Assembly (NCBI RefSeq): GCF_006345805.1
Contig: NC_043007.1
Span: 60,822,001 to 60,886,000, forward strand
Length of the DNA: 64,000 nt
Source: Octopus sinensis
Lineage: Eukaryota
Reading direction: 5' to 3'
Shown: positions 25,076 to 36,340 of the stretch, one piece after another
How positions within the stretch are numbered: position 1 is the stretch's first letter
How the letters are laid out: each line of letters begins with the position of its first letter
Position numbers and translations under genes: made by a program
The notes under the pieces: model-generated
The model's database searches: none
What the model was told of the DNA's origin: nothing
What the model saw: the letters and a program-made list of their open reading frames with translations, nothing else

Positions 25076-25323
25076 TTAAATTCCAAGATAGTCGTAATCA
25101 ACACACCCTGAAATTTATGAGAAAACAAAACCAACTCGTGTAACTTTTCTGAAACTCCATCTCTCTCTCAGAAAAAATTTTCCACTATAAGTTCTAATAC
25201 AATCTGAATCTATTCCATCTGAAGTATATTTGTAGACAATCTCATTAAAACATATTCATTCTTCTGAAAGCTATAAGGAAATGAAGTTGGGGCACAATTG
25301 TCTAGGTATGCCTCTATAAATAT

Positions 25324-25362
<39 letters not shown>

Positions 25363-25469
25363 CATTATCATCATCATTTAACGTCTGTTTTCCATGCTGG
25401 CATGGGTTAGACTTTGACTGAGGTCTGGAGAGCCAGCGGCTGCACCAGGCTCCAATTTGATCTCAACAT

Positions 25470-25860
25470 TTTTCTCTCGATTTTGGTTGTTAGTTTTACT
25501 CTCATTCCAGCTCACCTTTGCACCTCCTCATTCCTCAGCCCTCAAACATATCTCAAACACATCTAGTCGCCCCCTTTCTGCCTCTCCCAGCCCCACGTCT
25601 CTGCACCATATAACATTGTTGGCACAATCACACCCTCATATGCACCTCCTTTTGCTTTCAACATACCTTTCACAACTCTAATTATCTTACTCCCCTCCCT
25701 CACTCTACATCTCACTTCTTCAGCCAACCTTCCATCCGTCATCATGTGATCCCAGATACATAAAAACACTCACCTCCTCTAACATCTCACCATTTATACT
25801 CACATCCATCCGGCCAGCCATTCCACCTCTCAAGCATCTCATCACCTTACTCTTATACAT
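25470..25860 (-). mobile_element. Fragment of a second, different RTE-clade LINE
   Basis: ORFs 25720..25908 and 25563..25769: EMLEEVSVFMYLGS and GVIVPTMLYGAETW. Confidence 0.7.
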
Positions 25861-25863
25861 ATA

Positions 25864-27133
25864 CAGGGGTTGGGCAAAATAATAGAAACACCTTGAAATT
25901 TCAAACAAATTAATTTTAACATGGGGTAGGACTGCCTTCGGCAGTAATTACAGGTTGAATTCTAAGAGGTATGAACTCATACAAAGTTTGAATTGTTTCC
26001 AAAGGAATTTTTGTTCATTCTTCAGCTAAAACAGTTTTCAGTTCTTGTAGTGATGGTGGTGGTGAATATCAGCTCTTTACTTGTTTTTCAAAAATGCACC
26101 ATAAATGTTAAATAATATTGAGATCTGGGGACTGTGGTGGCCAGATAAGATGTTCAACTTCACTAGAATGTTCCTCATGCCATCCAGTAACACCTTTAGC
26201 TGTATGAATTGGTGCATTATCATCCTGAAAGATTGCGTTTCCCTCCGGATACAGTTCTTCAACCATAGGATGAATTTGATCAGATAAAATGCTTAATAGT
26301 CTTCACTATTAATTCTGACATGAAAGAAAACCATTGGGCTGGCAGATTTCCAAGATATAGCCCCATCATATCATCACAGATCCTCCTCCATGTTTAAAAG
26401 TTGGAAGAAGGCAGTCTGGGTCAAATGCTTCTTTTGGCTGTCTCCATACGTAAACTTTGTTGGTGGTCAGAAATAAGATAAAGGATTACTCATCCAAATA
26501 AAAAAAAATAACATTTTTCCACTGCTCTAGGGACCAATTCTGTAGGTTTTTACTCCACTCTAAACGCTTTGCAACATTTGCTTTTGAAAGTAGTGATTTT
26601 CTGATTACAGCCCTCTCATGAAATCTGGCTTTGTGCAGTTCCCAGTGAACAGTTTTTGTGGAAACTAGGTTCTGTAGGTGGTTATTAAGCTCTGCAGTAA
26701 TTTTGGGAGCTGTACTTTTGCAATCCTTTGTAACAATTTGTGTAAGAGTCTGACGGTACCTATCTAAAAGTTTTGGTTTTCTCCTGGAGTTTTGTTTCGA
26801 CAAGGAGGATTTTCCTCTTTCTTAAAGGCTGTCATTACTTTCAAGACAGTACTTCTTGATATACCAAACATTTCAGCTGTTTTCGTTACACTAGAACCTG
26901 CCATATGAGCACCAACAATTTGACCTCTTTGAAAGTCTGATAGATCTGTCATTTTAATGAATTTTAATTATCTTTTTCTGATGATATCAGAAAAGAAACA
27001 GCAATTTTAGCAAAACATATTAAGCAACGCTAATAATAAATAAAAAAACATAAAAATAAACAAGCTTTTGATGGTTTTATAGATATTTCAAAATTATGAT
27101 GCTAGGTATTTCCATTATTTTGTCTAACCCCTG
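25864..27133 (-). mobile_element. Tc1/mariner DNA transposon, full length but frameshifted
   Basis: ~30-bp TIRs CAGGGGTT(G/A)G(G/A)CAAAATAAT, with a TA TSD on both sides. ORFs give MTDLSDFQRGQIVG..., ...WKNVIFxDE, FQDDNAPIH and WPPQSPDLN. Confidence 0.92.
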
Positions 27134-27929
27134 TATATATGATGGACTCTCCCATCGAAGATGAAGTATGAGCATTCAGCTTTTTGTTGAATGACCTGCA
27201 CAAATGATTATTTATAGCAATCAAATGTATGTGCTGTACATTAGCTCACTCCCTCCATCAAATCGACGTTCTCTGAACAGCTGTAATGTGTACCACATAT
27301 CAGGTGTTGATGTCGTCACAGAGAAACATGAGATGAAGTGTTTTGCTCAAGGACACAAACACAACCTGGTCTAGAAATTGAAACCATATCACAATCATGA
27401 GTGCAACACCCTAACCACAAAGCTATGCATCCTCATACATGTACATGTGTATGTATGTATATGTGCGCATGCATGTGTGTGTGAGTTTATACATGTGTGT
27501 ATTTGTCTTACTATCTCCTTACCTTGACATTGGGCACTGGTAGTAAGCAAGTGTCACTGTCATACAAAAGTATTCCTTATTTCCAATCTGCCATATAAAC
27601 ATGTACAAGCATTTAAATGGAAAATAGGTGAGGGATGATGACAGGAAGGGCATCCAGACATACAAAATGTGTCTAATCCATGGAAACAAGGAAAGGTGGA
27701 TGTTTCACACACACACACACATTATGTGTACAATATTTTCAACTGTGACATTACAACAGTAACTGATTCTTCAAGTGTTTCCTTTGGTTCTGTGTATATA
27801 CATATATTTACTCAATTGCTGACGTTTAACAATGTTTTTTTTTTCATTGTATTGGTATGTCATTTTCTATCATTAACAAAACAGAAACTGGAATTTTTGT
27901 TGGGTATCTACTTCTAAGGGGGACAAAAG

Positions 27930-29240
27930 AGTGTCATGTCAGCATGTATAGTCAAAGTTACTGTAATACCATTGGATACCTTGGTCAGCACTGTTAGTAA
28001 GGAATACAGAGTGATGAGAAGAAACAAAGACTAATGTGAACAAGTCAATGGGCTTGCAGCTTGACGCTTGAAAAAGAATTTTCATGTTATCCGACAACTT
28101 CATGGAATGTTAAACAGTTAAATTTCTTGTTGAACCCTAGGTCAATACATACACAAGTGCTGAAAAAGGATACCTTTGACAGACTATGCATGTGATTCAA
28201 AAAGGTTCTGCTAGAAAGCCATATAATATGACTGCTGAACAGCTACTGCTTCATATTGAAGCATTACGACAGTCACTAAGTGACTACCTTTACGACAGTC
28301 ACTAAGTTGACTCTATCAAAAGCTTGCAATTGACCCAAATTGGTCACAGCTCCACAGTTGGGTTTCTTAATTATCCCCCCCTCTCTCTCTCTTTCTCTCT
28401 CTCTCTGAGGTTGTTGTACATAGGTCTGCTTGGGATCACACAGGACTGCATTTTCCCAACAAGCACCATCTTTGTTAGCACCTTGGCCAATATCTGTTGA
28501 ATGCAGAGTTTAACTTTGCATTCAACAGAGGAAATTATCAATCACATCCCACATATACATGTCCTTCCTCAGCAGCACTACCACTTACCATCTCACAGAA
28601 GTGAGAATTCTTTTGTTTTGCTGTAAACTGCAGCAAGCATTTGTCAAGACATCAGTGAACAAGTCTGGCATGTATATGTAAAACATGGGCAGACCATCCA
28701 AACTAGGCAGTGTGTCATTCACACAATTACTTACCGTCGACTGTATCTCAACTGTTGTTATCTGTTTTATCAGAACTTCACATTCTCTGGGAATATACCT
28801 AACAGGCTTTTAAGGTAGACACTAAAATCCATTTCTGGTTCCAGTTTATCATCCTAGCAGAAAAGTTAAGAAAGAAGCTACAGGAAAGCTTCACACATCT
28901 GCCTCGAATCTTTTAGTATATGCCCATCTTGGCCCATCTTGCCATGTTGCACTGCTGCGACCTGAGCCCATCAAATGGCTTTCATCCTTACATGTTAGAG
29001 CATATGCTCTATCTCTGACAACACAACTCTTATATTGCGTGTTGAAGAAATTGTCATAGGCTATTTTTACTGGTACTCCATCAAGCACAATACCTTTCCT
29101 AATTGCTTGTGTTTCTTTCTACTTCTCCACTAAATGTCATCAACTCTTTCTTAATCACCCTCTCAATCAAACCACTGGTTGTCAATGACCAACCTTTTCA
29201 ACAAAAGTAAACGGAGGTTTGCTAACAGGATAAAAAGCAT
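27930..29240 (-). mobile_element. Highly degenerate LINE remnant (L1/Tx1-like?)
   Basis: QAFDRVN RT motif near 28310-28330 and ORF1-like sequence near 28900-29150. Clade uncertain. Confidence 0.4.
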
Positions 29241-30775
29241 TACAGACAACCTATTATCCTGAAATATTCCTGTTGATGACCTAATTCTGTTTGTGACTTG
29301 TTTGTTTGTATGTACACATGTGTGAATTCATATATCTATACACATTGAATTCTCTACGTATATTGAACTCCATATCAATGCAATGCATTCATATCAAGCA
29401 ATGCATTTTTTTTATATATAAAATCATAGTTATTTCATTGGTTAGATCTAGAGGAAGGGGCTATGTCCATGACCTCTTCAAGTCCCCAAGAACCAGTAAG
29501 ATCAATGCCACTAACATTCCACTTGAAAAGATGCAAGTCAATGGCTGTAGGAAAAACATATGCAGGAAAGGAATTTCCAGAGGAATAATGTTATGGGAAG
29601 AAGGACTGGGTATTACACAGTCACAGCCTGCAGGACTCCCTGAATGACACACCTAAGGGAAGTTGGCATAAGACTAGCCAAGCCCAAAGAGCAGAGTAGT
29701 GGTAGAAGAGGCAGAAAAAGCACACAATATGTCTGTGGACCAGAAGTGGAAGTGTGTTGGTAAGCATGGAGTATTTGTGTGTGAGTGTGTGTGTGTGTGT
29801 GTGCGCGTGCGTGCGTGAGTGTGTGTGTATGTGTGTAATTATACATGCACACTGGATATTGTACATGATACTCAGCTTTTCAAGCTCTTAGTCAGAAACA
29901 TCAGCAAGCTTTAACATATAAATAAATATATTTTAAAGTCATTATTTATGGTTATCGTTTTGAAGAAGGATAAAAAAAAAAGCAGTAACAAACATCTACC
30001 ACAGCTTAAGAGATGAATATCTTTAACAGTAATAAAAGGTTAACAATTTTCATTGTAAACAGCTTTTTAATCATTGTATTTTATTTCTTTTGAAATATAC
30101 TGCCTTCTTTCAACTAACTCTTGACAGTCCTGAAATGATTGAGCAATTAATATCTATAAATAAGCTTTTTAATACAAATGTTTATAGTATATTTACTTGC
30201 AGTCAGACTACAGTGAAAATTGGCAGTATTGCAGAAAACACTTTGTTTTATTAATGTAAATAATCATTTTATTTATATCATTTGTTCTAAAAATAACGTA
30301 TATATGTGATTATTAATTCATTATACAATAGAAGTTAAAAAAACATTAAAAATGACAATGAAAAGAGATGTAAGCAATATATTAAATGTAATTAATAACA
30401 TACTAACATCACAAGCAAAAAATGCCTTTTCCAGGTTTTTTTTTGCAGCTTTTTTATTATGAGAGTACAAGTAAGCTGAGGTGCTTCTTTCAGAATCAGT
30501 GTAAAGCTTTGATGGAGGTGGGGGGGAACCTGGAAATAAATTGCAAAAATTCAGCAATATGTGTTGTTTTTAATGGTGGACACTAAAGAGTGGAAATAAA
30601 TGACAGAAGAAGGGATTGCAGTTTTCTTTCTTAGATTAGAGAGTTAATTATTGCCTTTAAAACAAATAAAGATGAGAGCTTTAATTTGTTTGGTGTCTAG
30701 TGGTATAAGTCTGACAGACGGATGTATTGTTGGGTGAATATGCCATACAGGATGTAAAGATTAAATTTTGAAAAC

Positions 30776-30925
30776 CTCTCTCTCTCTCTCTCCTCCCTCT
30801 CTCTCTCCCTCTCCCTCTCTCTCTCCCTCTCTTTCTCCCTCTCTCTCTCCCTCTCTCTATCTCTCCCCTCTCTCCCTCTCTCTATCTCTCCCTCTCTATC
30901 TCTCTCTCTCCCCCTCTCTCTCACT
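30776..30925. repeat. (CT)n/(CTCC)n pyrimidine tract
   Basis: ~150 nt, nearly all C/T on the + strand. Confidence 0.95.
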
Positions 30926-31239
30926 CATACACACACAGACAATGTATCAAAGAAAGTCCAGTGACAGTCAAGACAGACAAATTTGAATTGAGTTCAATGG
31001 TAATTAAAAACAAAAGTTTAGAAAGAAATTAAAATATTTTTTTAAATCTTCAGAAAAAAAATATTTAAAAATATAAAATAACAAAAGAGAGTTGAGGTTT
31101 GAATGACCCATTTTTTCCTCAACTTTCAACTTTGTTTTGGGCATTAACATTCTCCTGATAGATTTCAGACAGCATGAGCATGGCTTGGGTCACAGCAATA
31201 ATTGCACTAAAAAATTCTCAATTCAAAGACATATCATCA

Positions 31240-32055
31240 TCATCATTATCATCATCATTTAGCGTCCGCTTTCCATGCTAGCATGGGTTGGACGGTTCAA
31301 CAGGGATCTGGGAAGCCAGAAGGCTGCACCAGGCCCAGTCTGATCTGGCAATGTTTCTACAGCTGGATGCCCTTCCTAACGCCAACCACTCCGTGAGTGT
31401 AGTGGGTGCTTTTTACGTGCCAGACGAGGCTGGCAAACGGCCATGATTGAATGGTGCTTTTTACGTGCCACCGGCACAGGGGCCAGGGGAGGCTGGCAAC
31501 GGCCACGATCAGATGGTTCGCTTACGTGCCACCAGCACTGGTATCACAGCTACAATTTCCATTGATGTTGATCAATTTCAATTTTGATTCTGATTCTCAC
31601 TTTCCTCAACAGGTCTTCACAAGTAGAGTTTTGTATCCCAAGAAGGAAAGGTATGCATAAGTGGACTGGCTACATCCCAGGTAGTGGCCATGGGTTATGG
31701 TCTCACTTGTCCTGCCGGGTCTTCTCATGCGCAGCATACTTCCATAGGTCTCGGTCTCTAGTCATTTCCTTGGTGAGACCTAAAGTTCGAAGGTCGTGCT
31801 TCACCACCTCATCCCAGGTTTTCCTGGGTCTACCTCTTCCACAGGTTCCCTCAACCGCTAGGGTGTGGCACTTCACACAACTGTCTTCATCCATTCTTGT
31901 CACATGATCATACCAGCGCAAACATCTCTCTTGCACACCACAACTGATGCTTCTTAGGTCCAACTTTTTTCTCAAGGTACTTACACTCTGTTGAGTATGA
32001 ACACTGACATTACACATCCATCGGAGCGTACTGGCTTCATTTCTTGCGAGCTTAC
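31240..32055 (-). mobile_element. RTE LINE 3' fragment
   Basis: ORF 31703..32017 (MCNVSVHTQQSVSTLR...GRGRPRKTWDEVV), with 3' UTR and (GAT)n tail. Confidence 0.88.
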
Positions 32056-32689
32056 GATCTATATAACATTTCTGGATCTCAAGGGCATTCTTCTGGCTGA
32101 AATTCTTGCTGAAATGGCAATTTTAAGTTAACATTCATGTCAAATTTTGGCACAAGGCCAGCAATTTTGGAGGAGGGAGTAAGTCAACTGCATCTACTTC
32201 AGTACTCAACAGGTACTTATTCTATTGACCCTGAAAGGATGAAAGGCAAAGTCAAGCTTTGCAGAATTTGCACTTAGAACCTAAAGACAGATGAAATGCT
32301 GCTAAGCATTTTGCCCAGTATGCTAACAATTCTGCCAGTTCACATTAAAAAAGCAAAAAAAATTATTTTATCATTTCAGACTCTGCACACCTTTTCATGT
32401 ACAAATTAATACAATCTCAAAGCAAATTGGAATAAACATCAAGCAAATAAATATAAACTCAAGAGCGAATTAAATATTTTCTCTAATTAAATAATTTCCA
32501 TAATGCCACTACTAGCATGTAATAAAATACAGTTTAACTTTGAATACTGTCAAAACAACTTTCATGAATTTATGGGAAATCACTTTGTCAAATTGTTTAT
32601 ATCTGTTTTCTCTATTCTAAACAAAGTCTTAGTTATTTTCTTTCCATCATTAACTCCTATATATGTCACTGATATGTCCTACACTCTCA

Positions 32690-32828
32690 GAGTGGTTGGC
32701 ATTAGGAAGGGCATCCAGCTGTAGAAACTCTGCCAGATCAGATTGGAGTCTGGTTCGCCAGCCCTCAGTCAAATCGTCCAGCCCATGCTAGCATGGAAAG
32801 TGGACGTTAAATGATGATGATGATGATG
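32690..32828 (+). mobile_element. RTE 3' terminal fragment
   Basis: actctcagagtggttggcattaggaagggcatccag...gatgatgat. Confidence 0.8.
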
Positions 32829-34503
32829 TCTTAGTAAAAGCTGAATCTATTTTGCAAAATAAGTCAAAACTGAAGTTTATATAACTGCTAATCAAGAGTT
32901 CGCTATCTTGTCCACAACTACCACATGTACTACTATTACTATTCTCATTGACAATGACAGTTTCAAAATTAAGTGTAAGTTATGAGAGAGAAAATACATG
33001 TAAACCCTACATAATAGATTTACAAACATGGAAAATATAACTATTTCTCTGTAGTTTGAAAAAGTGATGAACAGCTATAATTGACTTTTGAACTTTACTG
33101 AGTGCTCATCAATATGTCTACATCACTTGACTGATACAAGAGAAACAAGTAATCAATCTGTTTATATTCACAACAAATCTAATAACTTCAGAGAACTGGC
33201 ACTTCTAATTTGCTTCTAATAGTACTTCACATTTTATCTAATATCAGCAGCCTAACAATAGGCATCTTAGTCCAGCAAGCTTACTATATATCAACAGCTG
33301 TATCTAATTACAACAGTAACAAAAACAATAATGAGCAAGTATAAAAGATAAATGTTAGTTTGTCAATCATACAAAGGTCTTTTTCCCCCTGCATGCAGTC
33401 CAGACTGTGCTTGTACACATTCTACCTGTCCAAACAATAATTTGTACTGGAGACATATTTCTACTTTGTACAGAGTCTCTAACTCTTCAGGACTATGGAA
33501 ATCTAGAGTTTGTGGTGCAATTTTCATTATGTGAAATACATATGGTCACCATTAAAGATTGTTAACTATAAAGACTAGTATTTGAATGGAGAATAGATAT
33601 AGCTGTATCAGCTAATTGTAGACAATAACAAGAAATAGAAGCTAATTTAGAATCATCATCAAAACTAGACCACAAAATTGGTTAAAATGTGTTCAAGAGT
33701 AGCAGGGTATGATTAAGCTGAACTTATGATCCAATCTGAACAAATCTGGTGTCATTTGTTTTCAAATGAAGATTTGCAATGAGATTTACAGCTATAAAAT
33801 GGAGTTTACTATATGGATATATACATATATGCATGCATGTATACATACATACATACATACATACATACATACATACATACATGCATGCATGCATACATAC
33901 ATACATACATACATACATACATACACACACTGCCTAAATACCAATGTTGAGAAATTAGGCTTCACAAAACCAGAAAGGAGGAAGCTAATTTGAAGACTAC
34001 AGATCCAATCCATCACTGGAATAGTAAAAATCTGTAAAACTTTCCAGAAGTTTATCATTTAAATATATATGAGCATGTCTAGATAAGCAACTATATGCAT
34101 GAGAATACATACATAAAGCAAAACATACAAATTTGCACATATACATACACACATAGATAGATAGATAGATACATGCATACATACATACATACATACATAC
34201 AGACAGACAGACAGATAGATAGATACTAGCTGAATAGCCCGTCATTGCCTGGCAATTTTTACAATAGAATGTCTTATTCTTTTTTACTCTTTCAGTCATG
34301 TGACTGTGGCCATGCTGGAGCACTGCCTTTAGTCAAGCAAATCGACCCCAGAATTTATTCTTTGTAAGCCTAGTACTTATTCTATCGGTCTCTTTTGCCG
34401 AACCGCTAAGTTACGGGGATGTAAACACACCAGCATCGGTTGTCAAGCGATGTTGGGGGGACAAACACAAACACATACACACACATACATATATATATAT
34501 ATA

Positions 34504-36114
34504 TCTCTTATTATAAAAGGCAGATTTTATCTGCCTCCCTTTGGGAGTTATAGAAATCTACAATATAGGATTTCTTCAATTACAATTTACCTAGCATTTT
34601 TAAGAGTAGAATGCATCGGGTCATGCCAGGTCCAGTTTTTAAAATTTAAACTCCAATTAAGCAAAATTTACAGAAAACTCACATTCTGGTGTGTATGTCA
34701 AATGCTTTTCTTAGTCTGGTTTACAGCACACGCAAACGCATACACACAGTGTGCAACGAATAAAATGAAAGTAAATAGCAACAGAGTGATTTGAAGAAGA
34801 CTAAACTGAAAGTATTTAAACCACTACTCAAAAAATAAAGAAACACAGCAAACAGAAACAAATAAATACATAACGATTTACTCCTCACACAATTTCTTCA
34901 ATTAGAGTGTACCCATGATTTTTCAGAGTACTTCAGTGGGTGATGCCATAAAAAATTTCTTTCAATTTTACCACAATTAAGACAAAATTCGAGAAAACTC
35001 AATATTTTAACATATCACTCCGAAAGCATTGATGTACATGTGTGCGTGCGTGAGTGTGTGTGTGTCATTCCTCACACACACGCATACACATACATATACA
35101 ACTACATACAACTACATACACATACAACTACATACAAACACATGTGTGTTTGTTATTAGAAAAAAGGCGCCAAAACACAACTCACTTATCATTCCAACAC
35201 ATTTGCAAAGACACACGGACGGACAGAAAAGGTAAATTGGTTTTTATTTTACTCTGTATATATTTTATTATATAATATTATATATAGATATATGTATATA
35301 TAATTGCAGTATGAAACAGTGTTTATGTATAAACAGACGACACTTATATATAGTTATTATAATAAGAGATTAATAAATGTATGCATCCGTTTAACCCTTT
35401 CGTTACCAAGCCGCCCGAATTTACCTATTCATATTTAAATGAGAATATCAGAGCAAATCTCTTTAGTACATTCGTGAAAACACGTATTATACTTCGTAAA
35501 CACTTCAACTACAGTTTTGTACAAAAATCGAAGTGTAATTTTAATTCCGTGAATTATGGGAGATTTTTTTCCGAAATTTGTTCCTATTGTGTTTTCAAAA
35601 TTTGTAATTCTGACAAAAAATGGATACGAATTTCATTATATCAAGCAGCGAGTCAGAATTCGAAGGATTTTCTACTGAAGACGTTCATAAATCTAACTCT
35701 ATGACTGAAAAAAAAAAGCATCTTTAAATAAGAGTGAAGTTGTGTGTCTGTCTCCTACGATTTAGATTCCTAACTACTCCCACATTTTGCGGTGCAGTTT
35801 AACCAAAAGCGGGTATCTTATAGTCGTGATTCATATCGAGCCCTTCTGGGTATTAGCGTGCGTCTACGATGAGTCTACGATTTTAAAAAAATTTACCATC
35901 ATATTTTTCCATTTTAATGCATTTTTTTCGCTTTTATATAAGGGAAGTAACTCTCTAAAAATATCTACGATGTGTCAACGATTTAAAAAAAATTTACCTT
36001 AATTTTTTTTCAATTTTTAATGCATTTTTTTGCTATTTTTTGGCTATAACTCTCTAAAAATGCTTATATAGTTATTTCCCTTACAACACGAGCAACGCCG
36101 GGCGATACTGCTAG
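34504..36114 (+). mobile_element. Non-autonomous Helitron-like element
   Basis: 5' a|TCTCTTATTATAAAAGG and 3' GC-rich subterminal gcaacgccgggcg...CTAG|t, inserted between A and T, with internal microsatellites. Linking the two ends into one element is an inference. Confidence 0.55.
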
Positions 36115-36120
36115 TATATA

Positions 36121-36278
36121 TATAAAATAGAAAAGAGTGAAAAAACTACAGAAGGCTTGTTTTATGAGGTTGAAGAATATATTTAAGTCGTTACATTTTT
36201 CTAACATGACTTAAATATATTTTTCAACCTTATAAAACAAGCCTTCTGTAGTTTTTTCACTCTTTTCTATTTTTTATA
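36121..36278. repeat. Palindromic MITE-like element
   Basis: ~73-bp inverted arms (aaaatagaaaagagtgaaaaaactacagaaggcttg...), short loop, TA-flanked. Confidence 0.85.
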
Positions 36279-36340
36279 CATCCAACCATGTGCTTTCACA
36301 CACCAACTTTTTCACCTATATATATATATACATATATACA

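Noticed and set aside
30400-34080. Several minus-strand exon-like strings after AG acceptors: FPPTSIKALH* (30529), AIIAVTQAMLMLSEIYQENVNAQNKVES* (31119-31206), DFHSPEELETLYKVEIC.. (~33400-33500) and HAHIYLNDKLLESFTDFYYSSDGLDL* (~34000-34080)
   Set aside because: None matched a family I recognise, and they could not be chained convincingly. I chose the frames after the fact, and similar strings arise by chance in AT-rich DNA. They are worth re-checking only if RNA-seq supports the middle gene.
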